Notes under the pieces: generated by a model
What the model saw: only the letters and a program-made list of their open reading frames with translations
What the model was told of the DNA's origin: nothing
Databases searched by the model: none
DNA from: Pristiophorus japonicus
Lineage: Eukaryota
NCBI RefSeq assembly: GCF_044704955.1
Contig: NC_092006.1
Coordinates: 4,774,001-4,838,000 of the forward strand
Direction: 5' to 3'
DNA: 64,000 nucleotides
Translations under genes and position numbers: made by a program
Part shown: one piece after another, positions 1-11,968 of the stretch
Layout of the letters: the number at the start of each line of letters is the position of its first letter
How positions within the stretch are numbered: the first letter of the stretch is position 1

Positions 1-2720
1 GCTAAGTGAGCCCACTAGTTACTGATTGCCGACCCGAGAATGACCCATTTATCCCGACTCTCTGTTTTCTGTTAGTTCGCCAATCCTCTATCTATGCTAA
101 TATATTACCCCCAACCCCGTGAACTTTTATCTTGTGCAGTAACCAAGTGGGGATGGTGTGTGACTGGGAGGGGAATGTGGAGGTGGTGGTGTTCCCATGC
201 GCCTGCTGCCCTTGTCCTTCTAGCGGGTAGAGGTCGTGGGTTTGGGAGGTGCTGCCGAAGAAGCCTTGGCGAGTTGCCGCGGTGCATCTTGTAGACGGTG
301 CACACTGCAGCCACGGTGTGCCGGTGGTGGAGGGAGTGAGTGTTGAAATTGCAACTCGATATCATACAAGCACAGAAATTTACAGCACGGAAGGAGGCCA
401 TTTTGGCCCATCGTGTCCACGCCGGCTGACAAAGAGCCACCCAGCCTAATCCCACTTTCCAGCTCTCGGTCCGTAGCCCTGTAGGTTACGGAACTTCAGG
501 TGCACATCCAAATGTGGTGAGGGTTTCTGCCTCTACCACCCTTTCAGGCAGCGAGTTCCACCCCAGACCCCCACCACCCTCTGGGTTAAGAAATTTCCCC
601 TCAAATCCCCTCTAAACCTCCCCCCAATTACTTTCAATCTACCTGGTTGTTGACCCCTCTGCCAAGGGAAACAGGTCCGACCTATCCACTCTATCCAGGC
701 TCCTCATCATTTTATACACCTCAATCAGGTCTCCTCTTAGCCTCCTCTGTTTCAAAGAAAACAACCCCAGCCTATCCAATCTTTTCTCATCGCTAAAATT
801 CTCCAGTCCAGGCAACATCCTGGTAAATCTCCTCTGCACCCTCTCCAGTGCAATCACATCGTTCCTGTAATGTGGTGACCAGAACTGCATGCAGTACTCC
901 AGCTGTGCCCTAACCAGTGCTTTATACAGTTCAAGCATAACCTCCCTGCTCTTGTATTCCATGCCTCGACTAATAAAGGCAAGTATTCCGTATGCCTTCT
1001 TAACCACCTTATCCCGATACAGCGAGACCTAGGGTTACTTGTGCATGAAACACAAAAAGTTAGTGTGCAGGTACAGCAAGTGATCAGGAAGGCCAATGGA
1101 ATCTTGGCCTTTATTGCAATGGGGATGAAGTATAAAAGCAGGGAAGTCTTGCTACAGCTATATAAGGTATTAGTGAGGCCACACCTGAAATACTGCGTGC
1201 AGTTTTGGTTTCCATATTTATGAAAGGATATACTTGCTTTGGAGGCAGTTCAGAGAAGGTTCACAAGGTTGATTCCGGGGATGAGGGGGTTGACTTATGA
1301 GGAAAGGTTGAGTAGGTTGGGCCTCTACTCATTGGAATTCAGAAGAATGAGAGGTGATCTTAACGAAACGTATAAGATTATGAGGGGGTTTGACAAGGTG
1401 GATGCAGAGAGGATGTTTCCACTGATGGGGGTGACTAGAACTAGAGGGCATGATCTTAGAATAAGGGGCCACCCATTTAAAACTGAGATGAGGAGGAATT
1501 TCTTCTCTCAGAGGGTTGTAAATCTGTGGAATTCGCTGCCTCAGAGAGCTGTGGAAGCCGGGACATTGAATAAATTTAAGACAGAGATAGACAGTTTCTT
1601 AAATGATAAGGGGATAAAAGTGCGGGCAGGGAAGTGGAGCTGAGTCCATGATCAGATCAGCCGTGATCTTATTAAATGGCGGAGCAGGCTCGAGGGGCCG
1701 TATGGCCTACTCCTGCTCCTATTTCTTATGTTCTTATCCACCTGGCCTGCTACCTTCAGGGATCTGTGGACCTGCACTCCAAGCTCCCTTTGTTCCTCTA
1801 CACTCAGTGTCGTACCATTTAATGTGTATTCCCTTGCCTTGTTAGACCTCCCCAAATGCATTACCTCACACTTCTCCAGATTGAATTCTATTTGCCGCTG
1901 TCCTGCCCACCTGACCAGTTCATTTGGTGAGCCGCCTTCTTGAACAGCTGCAGTCCTTTTGGTGAAGGTACAGCCTTGACTTTATCGTAACTGTTTGGTT
2001 CAACTGCAGAGGGGCAGTTAACCACAGCCAACCACATGGACAAGCAATTAAGAAATTAAGCAATTAAGAAGCAAATGGTCTGTCGGCCTTTATTGCAAGA
2101 GGATTTGAGTATAAGAGTAAAGACATCTTACTGCGATTATATCGGGCCCTGGTGAGACCACACCTGGAGTACTGTGCACAGTTTGGGTCTCCTTACATAA
2201 GGAAGGATATACTTGCCATTGAGGGAGTGCAGCGAAGGTTCACCAGACTGATTCCTGGGATGGAGGGATTGTCCTATGAGGAGAGATTGAGTAGACTGGG
2301 CTGATATTCTCTGGAGTTTAGAAGAATGAGAGGTGACCTCATTGAAACATACCAGATTCTGAGGGGGCTTGACAGGGTAGATGCAGGGAGGGTGTTTCCC
2401 CCGGGCTGGGGAGTCTAGAACCAGGCGTCACACAGTCTCAGGGTAAGGGGAAGGCCATTTAGGACTGAGATGAGGAGGAATTTCTTCACTCAGAGGGAGG
2501 TGAATCTTTGCAATTCTCTGCCCCAGAGGGCTGTGGAGGCTCAGTCGTTGAGTATATTCAAGGCTGAGATCGATAGATTTTTGAATATTAAGGGAATCGA
2601 GGGATCGGGCGGGAAAGTGGAGTTGAGGTCGAAGATCAGCCGTGATCTTATTGAATGGCGGAGCAGGCTCGAGGGGCCGAATGGCCGACTCCTGCTCCTA
2701 TTTCTTATGTTCTTGTGTTA
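1..2720. mobile_element. Nested CR1/LINE fragments (minus 1-142, ~143-350, 370-1012 plus 1736-1925; plus 1013-1735, 2070-2718)
   Basis: CR1 ORF2 C-terminal motifs ([27 protein letters not shown]) and 3' UTR tails. The plus copy at 1013-1735 interrupts a minus copy with CTTATCC on both sides. Confidence 0.88.
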
Positions 2721-2838
2721 AACATACCTCTTTGACAACCTGTCATAATATCCCCTTATGTGGCTTGGTGTCAAATTTTGTGTCATTTACGCTCCTGTGA
2801 AGCACCTTCTCCATTAAAGGCGCTGTATAATTAAAATA

Positions 2839-3460
2839 TTGCATTTATATAGCGTCTTTCATGACCATTGGGAGTCCCAAAGTGCTTTACTGTCAATGAA
2901 ATACATTCGGAGTGCGGTCACGTTTGTAATGTGGGAAACACGGCAGACAATTTGTGCACAGCAAGCTCCCACACACAGCAATGTGATAATGACCCGGATC
3001 ATCTGTTTTATTGATGTTGGTTGAGGGATAAATATTGGCCCCAGGACACCGGGGAGAACTCCCCCTGCTCTTCTTCCAATAGTGGCCCCGGGATCTTTTA
3101 CATCCACCCGAGAGGGCAGATGGGGCCTCGGTTTAACGTCTCATCCGAAAGACGACAACTCCGACAGTGCGGTGCTCCCACAGTACTGCCCCTCAGACAG
3201 TGCGGCACTCCCTCAGTACTGCCCCTCCGACAGTGCGGCGCTCCCTCAGTACTGCCTCTCCGACAGTGCGGCGCTCCCTCAGTTCTGCCCCTCCGACAGT
3301 GCGGCACTCCCTCAGTACTGCCCCTCCGACAGTGCGGCGCTCCCTCAGTCCCGCCCCTGTAACAGTGCGGCTCTCCCTCAGTACCGACCCTCCGACAGTG
3401 CGGCTCTCCATCAGTACCGCCCCTCCGACAGTGCGCCGCTCCCTCAGTACTATCCCTCTA
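2839..3460 (-). mobile_element. Deu-domain SINE (SacSINE1/AmnSINE-like), partial, with internal 33-bp tandem array
   Basis: Core shared with the full copies at 42177 and 60637; unit CCCTCCGACAGTGCGGCGCTCCCTCAGTACTGC. Confidence 0.8.
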
Positions 3461-3479
3461 ACAAGATTAAGGCAACTTT

Positions 3480-3760
3480 CTGAAATCAGGAGGAGGAGAG
3501 AGAGGCGGGGAGGTTTGGGGAGGGAGTTCCAGAGCTTGGGGGCCCAGACAGCTGAAGGCACGGCCACCGATGGTGGAGCGATGGAAATCGGGGGATGGGC
3601 AAGCGGGCAGAATTGAAGGAGGGCAGAGACCTCGGTGGGGGGGGGGGGCGGGGTTTGTCGGTGACGGAGATAGGGAGGGAGAGGTGGCCAGGAGGGAGTT
3701 GAACACGAGGACAAGAATTTTTAAAAGCGGGGCGATGATGGACTGGCTTGTAACAAGGAT
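3480..3760 (-). mobile_element. L2-like LINE 3' fragment
   Basis: Translates as RSTIGGRAFSCLGP..LWNSLP; same family as 46125-46660 and 47100-48920. Confidence 0.65.
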
Positions 3761-4612
3761 TATGAGGTTGTTCCTGGATGGTCACGAGAATTCTCTGTCT
3801 TTCTCGCCCCCTCCCCCCCCGCCCTCACCGCCCAGCATCTACGTCTGGGTTACGGTCAAGCTGCCCCGATACAAACTCCAGGAGACTGAGATCACACAGC
3901 TCTGGTGGGGCTTGAAACAGCGCAGCATGCCTTCAGAGTGGGGAGGGGGGGGGGTGTGTGGGGCGGAGAGATGGGGTCTTGGTGTGGGGGTGAACATCGC
4001 TACAGCTGCACTCTGTGGCTTTCTGAGTCAAACAGGCCTGACTCCAAGCGACATAGACAGAGCCATTGTCTCGGTGAATAAAGGCCCAATTCACAGCCCT
4101 GTTATTGAGCACAGTACTACATTAATTTACAGCGCACAAACTGCCCTTGTTGTCCACAATGTGAACCTCACAGCGGTGCGTTTCAAGCAGGTGCCGCACA
4201 CTGAATGAGCGAAATTTAAACCGAAGGGACGTCTTGGCCGAGGGAGCCGCTTTTATGTTCGGACTACCTTCCAGAGGGAGTGAACCCGAGTCAGATCCTC
4301 GAAGCACAGGCGCAAAAAAAACGCAAGAAACAGGAGTCGGCCATTCGGCCCCTCGAGCCTGCTCCGCCATTCAATGAGATCGTGGCTGATCCGATCATGG
4401 ACTCAGCTCCACTTCCCCGCCCGCTCCCCGTAACCCTTCACTCTCTCATCGTTCAAAAATCTGCCGGTCTCCACCTTGAATATATTCGATGACCCCAGAC
4501 CCCACAGCTCTCTGGGCCAGAGAATTCCACAGGTTCACCAGATTCATCTCCGTCTTAAACGGGCGGCCCCTTATTCTGGGACCATGTGTCCCCTCGTTCT
4601 AGATTCCCCCAC

Positions 4613-5428
4613 GAGGAATTTTCTTTTGCTCCGGGGCAGAAACCGCCCGATGCATACCGTGATGACGTCGTTGTCAAATAGAGACATCATTATTATTCAC
4701 AGGGAGAAAGATTGCAAAGTGCCGCAGTACAGCGGGACCTGGGGGTACTTGTGCATTGAAACACAAAAGGATAGTATGCAGGTACAGCAAGTGAGCAGGA
4801 AGGCCAATGGTATCTTGGCCTTTATTGCAAAGGCGGATGGAGTATAAAAGCAGGGAAGTCTTGCTACAGTTATACAGGGTATTGGTGAGGCCACACCTGG
4901 AGTACTGCGTGCAGTTTTGGTCTCCATATCCACCCTGTCCAGCCCCTTCAGAATCTTGTACATTTCGATAAGCTCACCTCTCATTCTTCTGAACTCCGAT
5001 ATGTACAGGCCCAACTTGCTCAACCCTTTCCTCATAAGACAACCCCCTCATCTCCGGAATCAACCGAGTGAGCCTTCTCTGAACAGCCTCCAATGCAAGT
5101 ATATCCCTCCTTAAATACGGAGACCAAAACTGCACGCAGTACTCCAGCTGTGGCCTCACCAATACCCTGTACAGCTGTAGCAGGACTTCTCTGCTTTTAT
5201 ACTCTGCCCCCTTTGCAATAAAGGCCAAGATTCCATTGGCCTTCCTGATCACTTGCTGTACCTGCATACTAACAGTTTGTGTTTCATGCACAAGTGCCCC
5301 CAGGTCCCTCCGCACTGCAACACTTTGCAATCTTTCTCCCTGTGAATAATAATGATGTCTCTATTTGACAGCGACGTCATCACGGTATGCATCGGGCGGT
5401 TTCTGCCCCGGAGCAAAAAAAAATTCCT
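4613..5428. repeat. Inverted duplication (arms ~4613-4925 and ~5115-5428), each arm unique sequence plus CR1
   Basis: 4613-4700 is nearly the exact reverse complement of 5340-5428, and both arms continue into CR1 at the same junction. Confidence 0.85.
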
Positions 5429-5886
5429 GGAACGCTGGGACTGAAGGCGTGCCGGGCGGTGACAGGGATAGCTTCACGGGGGCTAAACATGGCGTCCGTG
5501 TGCTAGCGGGGCGCCCGTTAAAGGGGAGGTGGCATGCCGCGAGCCATAGCCCCCTTGAACGTGGGCGGTCCGTGCCTCCATTTGCCATCTCCCGGCGCCG
5601 TGCTTGAGTTGCCCGGGGCTGGGGGGGGCTGATTTGCATGGCTCCCTCCCCCGCTCCCCGGTGGCCCAGGGAGAGCGCTGCTGGGCCTTCCCCTTTAATG
5701 ACGGGAGCGACATAGACATCGACATAGATAATAGGTGCAGGAGTAGGCTATTCGGCCCCTCGAGCCTGCACCGCCATTCAATATGATCACGGCCGATCCC
5801 CTATCACAACTATCTCATATTTCCGCTTTTTCCCCATACCCCTTGATGCCTTTTGTTATCTATGCGGACTATATCTATACGCTCCG

Positions 5887-6132
5887 TGTCGAGGAAATAT
5901 TTAGCTTAAATTAACTCAGGCGGAGACTTTCAGAAGTGCACTTCGAGAGAATTTATTTTAAAAAGCGAGATATATCTCAGAGAGCCTGCTTGGACCGTAC
6001 CAAGGCAAAAACTCTGCCATACAGGCAAATTGTCCCTATCTTTATACAGAAATTGAATACAGAAATATAAAAGGAATCTTATTCATTAGTCCCGCGAGTA
6101 CAAAGGTCGTCTCGGGAGGTACACACTCTATC
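5887..6132 (-). repeat. ERV 3' LTR, part carrying late U3, R and U5 (split by CR1)
   Basis: Matches 18179-18424 with 2 substitutions; ends at TCTATC target-site duplication. Confidence 0.95.
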
Positions 6133-6576
6133 AACCGAGACTCCAGGATGGTATGTTGCCTCCCTGGTGCAAGGGTCAAGGATGTCTCGGAGCGGGTGCA
6201 GGACATTCTGAAATGGGAGGGAGAACAGCCAGTTGTCGTGGTGCACATTGGTACCAACGACATTGGTAAAAAAAGGGATGAGGTCCTACGAAAAGAATTT
6301 AAGGAGCTCGGAGCTAAATTAAAAAGTAGGACCTCAAAAGTAGTAATCTCGGGATTGCTACCAGTGCCACGTGCTAGTCAGAGTAGGAATCGCAGGATAG
6401 CGCAGATGAATACATGGCTTGAGCAGTGGTGCAGCAGGGAGGGATTCAAATTCTTGGGGCATTGGAACCGGTTCTGGGGGAGGTGGGACCAGTACAAACC
6501 AGACGGTCTGCACCTGGGCAGGACCGGAACCAATGTCCTAGGGGGAGTGTTTGCTTGTGCTGTTGGGGAGGAGTAA
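6133..6576 (+). CDS. CR1 ORF1 C-terminal SGNH/esterase-like domain (5'-truncated)
   Basis: CLPGA, HIGTND and DGLHL motifs. Confidence 0.9.
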   Translation, partial: NRDSRMVCCLPGARVKDVSERVQDILKWEGEQPVVVVHIGTNDIGKKRDEVLRKEFKELGAKLKSRTSKVVISGLLPVPRASQSRNRRIAQMNTWLEQWCSREGFKFLGHWNRFWGRWDQYKPDGLHLGRTGTNVLGGVFACAVGEE

Positions 6577-9566
6577 AACTAATATTGCAGGGGGATGGGA
6601 ACCTATGCAGGGAGACAGAGGGAGACAAAAATGAGGCAAAAGCAAAAGACAGAAAGGAGATGAGGAAAAGTGGAGGGCAGAGAAACCCAAGGCAAAGAAC
6701 AAAAAGGGCCACTGTACAGCAAAATTCTAGAAGGAAAAAGGGTGTTCAAAAAGCAAGCCTGAAGGCTTTGTGTCTTAATGCAAGGAGTATCCGCAATAAG
6801 GTGGATGAATTAACTGTGCAAATAGATGTTAACAAATATGATGTGATTGGGATTACAGAGACGTGGCTCCAGGATGATCAGGGCTGGGAACTCAACATCC
6901 AGGGGTATTCAACATTCAGGAAGGATAGAATAAAAGGAAAAGGAGGTGGGGTAGCATTGCTGGTTAAAGAGGAGATTAATGCAACAGTTAGGAAAGACAT
7001 TAGCTTGGATGATGTGGAATCTATATGGGTAGAGCTGCAGAACACTAAAGGGCAAAAATCGTTAGTGGGAGTTGTGTACAGACTTCCAAATAGTAGTAGT
7101 GATGTTGGGGAGGGCATCAAACAGGAAATTAGGAGTGCATGCAATAAAGGTGCAGCAGTTATAATGGGTGACTTTAATATGCACAGAGATTGGGCTAGCC
7201 AAACTGGAAGCAATACGGTGGAGGAGGATTTTCTGGAGTGCATAAGGGATGGTTTTCTAGACCAATATGTCGAGGAACCAACTAGGGGGGAGGCCATCTT
7301 AGACTGGGTGTTGTGTAATGAGAGAGGATTAATTAGCAATCTCATTGTGCGAGGCCCCTTGGGGAAGAGTGACCATAATATGGTGGAATTCTGCATTAGG
7401 ATGGAGAATGAAACAGTTAATTCAGAGACCATGGTCCAGAACTTAAAGAAGGGTAACTTTGAAGGTATGAGGCATGAATTGGCTAAGATAGATTGGCTAA
7501 TGATACTTAAGGGGTTGACTGTGGATGGGCAATGGCAGACATTTAGAGACCGCACGGATGAATTACAACAATTGTACATTCCTGTCTGGCGTAAAAATAA
7601 AAAAGGGAAGGTGGCTCAACCGTGGCTATCTAGGGAAATCAGGGATAGTATTAAAGCCAAGGAAATGGCATACACATTGGCCAGAAATAGCAGCGAACCT
7701 GGGGACTGGGAGAAATTTAGAACTCAGCAGAGAAGGACAAAGGGTTTGATTAGGGCAGGGAAAATGGAGTACGAGAAGAAGCTTGCAGGGAACATTAAGG
7801 CAGATTGCAAAAGTTTCTATAGGTATGTAAAGTGAAAAAGGTTAGTAAAGACAAACGTAGGTCCCCTGCAGTCAGAATCAGGGGAAGTCATAACGGGGAA
7901 CAAAGAAATGGCAGACCAATTGAACAAGTACTTTGGTTCAGTATTCACTAAGGAGGACACAAACAACCTTCCGGATATAAAAGTGGTCAGAGGGTCTAGT
8001 AAGGAGGAGGAACTGAGGGAAATCTTTATTAGTCGGGAAATTGTGTTGGGGAAATTGATGGGATTGAAGGCCGATAAATCCCCAGGGCCTGATGGACTGC
8101 ATCCCAGAGTACTTAAGGAGGTGGCCTTGGAAATAGCGGATGCATTGACAGTCATTTTCCAACATTCCATTGACTCTGGATCAGTTCCTATCGAGTGGAG
8201 GGTAGCCAATGTAACCCCACTTTTTAAAAAAGGAGGGAGAGAGAAAGCAGGGAATTATAGACCGGTCAGCCTGACCTCAGTAGTGGGTAAAATGATGGAA
8301 TCAATTATTAAGGATGTCATAGCAGCGCATTTGGAAAATGGTGACATGATAGGTCCAAGTCAGCATGGATTTGTGAAAGGGAGATCATGCTTGACAAATC
8401 TTCTGGAATTTTTTGAGGATGTTTCCAATAAAGTGGACAAAGGAGTACCAGTTGGTGTGGTATATTTGGACTTTCAGAAAGCTTTCGACAAGGTCCCACA
8501 CAGGAGATTAATGTGCAAAGTTAAAGCACATGGGATTGGGGGTAGTGTGCTGACGTGGATTGAGAACTGGTTGTCAGACAGGAAGCAAAGAGTAGGAGTA
8601 AATGGGTACTTTTCGGAATGGCAGGCAGTGACTAGTGGGGTACCGCAGGGTTCTGTGCTGGGGCCCCAGCTGTTTACATTGTACATTAATGATTTAGACG
8701 AGGGGATTAAATGTAGTATCTCCAAATTTGCGGATGACACTAAGTTGGGTGGCAGTGTGAGCTGCGAGGAGGATGCTATGAGGCTACAGAGTGACTTGGA
8801 TAGGTTAGGTGAGTGGGCAAATGCGTGGCAGATGAAGTATAATGTGGATAAATGTGAGGTTATCCACTTTGGTGGTAAAAACAGAGAGACAGACTATTAT
8901 CTGAATGGTGACAGATTAGGAAAAGGGAAGGTGCAACGAGACCTGGGTGTCATGGTACATCAGTCATTGAAGGTTGGCATGCAGGTACAGCAGGCGGTTA
9001 AGAAAGCAAATGGCATGTTGGCCTTCATAGCGAGGGGATTTGAGTACAGGGGCAGGGAGGTGTTGCTACAGTTGTACAGGGCCTTGGTGAGGCCACACCT
9101 GGAGTATTGTGTACAGTTTTGGTCTCCTAACTTGAGGAAGGACATTCTTGCTATTGAGGGAGTGCAGCGAAGATTCACCAGACTGATTCCCGGGATGGTG
9201 GGACTGACCTATCAAGAAAGACTGGATCAACTGGGCTTGTATTCACTGGAGTTCAGAAGAGTGAGAGGGGACCTCATAGAAACGTTTAAAATTCTGACGG
9301 GTTTGGACAGGTTGGATGCAGGAAGAATGTTCCCAATGTTGGGGAAGTCCAGAACCAGGGGTCACAGTCTAAGGATAAGGGGAAAGCCATTTAGGACCGA
9401 GATAAGGAGAAACTTCTTCACCCAGAGAGTGGTGAACCTGTGGAATTCTCTACCACAGGAAGTAGTTGAGGCCAATTCACTAAATATATTCAAAAGGGAG
9501 TTAGATGAAGTCCTTACTACTCGGGGGATCAAGGGTTATGGCGTGAAAGCAGGAAGGGGGTACTGA
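6577..9566 (+). pseudogene. CR1 ORF2 endonuclease-reverse transcriptase with one nonsense codon
   Basis: NARS, ITETW, MGDFN, SDH (APE); GVPQGSVLGP, FADD (RT). ORFs 6426-7835 and 7908-9566 share a frame and are separated only by TGA at 7833-7835. Start approximate. Confidence 0.93.
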
Positions 9567-9676
9567 AGTTTCATGTTCAGCCATGAACTCATTGAATGGC
9601 GGTGCAGGCTAGAAGGGCTGAATGGCCTGCTCCTGCACCTATTTTCTATGTTTCTATGTTTCTATCTTTCTATGTT

Positions 9677-9899
9677 TCTATCTGTCCCTGCATAGTTTCT
9701 TTCTGTTCACAGTCTGATAAGCAGAATAAAAGGAGACTCCCTTTTAATACCAGATGGTCATTTAATTGCATCTCTAAGTTTCAAGGCTAAAAAAGCATGG
9801 CTATTTTTCTAGTCCTATTATTTCTTTAAGCATAGCAAAAACAGAATTTAACCCTTCCCTTTTCCATAAGCCATAGATTCATAGATTCTTTCTTCCACA
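9677..9899 (-). repeat. ERV 3' LTR, U3-start part
   Basis: Matches 18419-18641 with about 4 substitutions; PPT immediately adjacent. Confidence 0.95.
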
Positions 9900-9910
9900 A
9901 TTCCCTCCTT
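9900..9910 (-). other. Polypurine tract
   Basis: AAGGAGGGAAT directly before the TG of the 3' LTR. Confidence 0.85.
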
Positions 9911-9945
9911 GTTGATCTTTTTATTTTTTAAATCAACACAATTTC

Positions 9946-11752
9946 CTATATTCTCTTCTTGAGCAAAAGGGGATTTATTACTTGACTAATTACATTTTTT
10001 AATTTTATCCACATTCCGCAAAGGATTATTAATAATACAAACATAACCACACCTACGATTACTATGGGGTGTATAGCAAGCTTCAGTACTGCTGTAGCTT
10101 TTGGGGACCATCCGGTAAACACATCCCACCAGTGGTGTACTGTCAAAGAGGTGACTTCATCTGCGATTCTCACTAGCTGCCCCTTCTTGTAACTCATTTC
10201 GACTCTAAATTGGTGGATGTCTCTGCCTTGCTTTGACAGAGCTTCCTCAATTTTCTTGTTATTACGTATCAAATTGTGCAGTCTGGTCAAATTAATTACA
10301 GGGGGTAAGGGTTCAATCTTGTGCATAGACAGATATTTTTCTACATTTTGCCATTGCCCAAAGGTATAAGTTCTTTTTACTTCTGGGTCATACAGGGTGT
10401 GGACTTTTCTCACGCATTTATTAATGGGGGGTTTATACAAAATTCCATCCAGATAGACAGGTTTATTTCCTGTCACACAGATCTCATTCTGTCCTATTTC
10501 TGTTATATCAGTGTCATTTGTTAGCTTTAATTCCCATTTACATAGTCCAATGGAGTGCTGCAGTGAGCATGATTCGTGTATGGTGGTCTGATAGGGACAT
10601 TCCATTCCGAATGGCCACCTAGCACATCCCCTGTGGTGATGTGTCATATTCTTCTCATCGACCCAATCTCCTTTAAATTCTGGGTCCCAGAAGTTCTGTC
10701 CAAACAGCTGGGGCATTACTTGGAACTGACACCAAATTTCTTTTCGTGTCATACTTACTATCTCTCCAGTAACGTTACATCCTTTTGAATTACAACTGGT
10801 ATATCTTTTTTGAGGGCTAATGGTTAAATTGAGAAGCTTATCTCTTTTGTTAATTTCCAGCAACCTTTCCCATGTGTTAGCATGGAAGGATAATATTTTC
10901 CTTTCTCGGCTCTTAATAGCTGTCTGATCATTTCTTTAAACAGGCAATGGGTGTACTTGTTTACTCCCTGTTGTTCTTTCATTAGGTTCTCTATTTCCTT
11001 CTCTATCCCTTCATTCTGTTGCCAGGTCATTTCATTTATGACGTAACCTGATATCTGTAATTGCTGTAATCCTTCATCCCAGGCATTTCTGATCTTTATA
11101 TCTTCCCCGACCAGTCCCCCGACGGCCTGGATTTTATTTTGTAGGGTCTCGATATCCATGGAGTTCAATGCTCCTATTCCTGCTCCCACTGCACCTAACA
11201 CAGTCTCTAATACACCCCGTTTCTTTCTTTGGGGGCTTTCTTTTTCAAAAGATACCTTAACACTGGTTGTGTGGCAACCATCTTCTTTCTTTGGGGGATA
11301 TTCACCGGGGTGTTATTCATGCACAACACCCGCTGCCCTTCTACCATACTTGTAAATGAATAACGGAGGAAGTCTTTTCTCTCGTCCGGCCCTCCTATGT
11401 ACCCCCATCTCTTGTTTTTCCCTGTGCTCCAGGTACACTTCATCCACACATCGGCCTGGTATTCTATGAACAACTGATACCCTTTCCCCAATATAAATTG
11501 GAACTCCCCTCTTTCTTCCTTCATTCCACATGCCTCACATCATGCCGTAAAATTCCCTACCTTACAACTTTGGCCTACTGGGCATATAAAATTGCCTTGC
11601 TGCCTCATACTATTACTTCTTTCCCATACCATATTTCCCTTCCATACTCTTCCTTCTTCTAGGACTTCTTCCTCCTGCCGGGAGTTCCCTGTTGCTAAAA
11701 TGATCAGTATACCTAACGTCCATTTATAATTTTTCCAAGAGTCCCTTCCCAT
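9946..11752 (-). pseudogene. env: ERV env (disrupted), non-gamma type
   Basis: Signal-like KWTLGILIILATG; furin site RKKR at 11228-11217, then fusion peptide GVLETVLGAVGAGIGALNSMD; heptad region; Cys-rich region; HHWWDVFTGWSP; TM IVIVGVVMFVLLIILCGMW. One stop (11540) and frameshifts ~11300 and ~10865. Confidence 0.9.
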
Positions 11753-11879
11753 CTTCCCTTTCTTGTTTGTTTCTATACCACTCTTGAATTAAGTCGTTAC
11801 AATAACAACACGTCCACACGATAGTAACAGTGACCCAAATAATAAAGGCCCAAACTGGCACACAAATGAGCTCTGACAT
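11724..11879 (-). CDS. Small hydrophobic ORF (51 aa) between pol and env; possible accessory protein or frameshifted env leader
   Basis: MSELICVPVWAFIIWVTVTIVWTCCYCNDLIQEWYRNKQEREDGKGLLEKL: one TM-like segment, a Cys cluster and a charged tail. Confidence 0.35.
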   Translation of the reverse strand: MSELICVPVWAFIIWVTVTIVWTCCYCNDLIQEWYRNKQEREDGKGLLEKL

Positions 11880-11968
11880 CCATCCGTGAATTTTGGGCAA
11901 TAATTTCAAGTCCAAATATTTAATACAAGAGCAGGTACAGTTCTTTCAGCGAGAAGATGGCTGTTTTC

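Larger units (their letters stand above)
6133..9676 (+). mobile_element. CR1-clade LINE, 5'-truncated, inserted in the ERV 3' LTR
   Basis: ORF1 esterase C-terminus plus ORF2 (APE endonuclease and RT); (TTTCTATG)n-type tail; TCTATC duplicated at 6127-6132 and 9677-9682. Confidence 0.97.

Noticed and set aside
3021-3714. Periodic ORFs (PSDSAALPQYC, RERRTVGGAVL), also at 18.6, 34, 42.5 and 61 kb
   Set aside because: Stop-free translation of the 33-bp SINE minisatellite in several frames
6878-7579. 233-aa antisense ORF in the CR1, and similar antisense ORFs over ERV pol
   Set aside because: Shadow ORFs of the coding strand with no independent motifs
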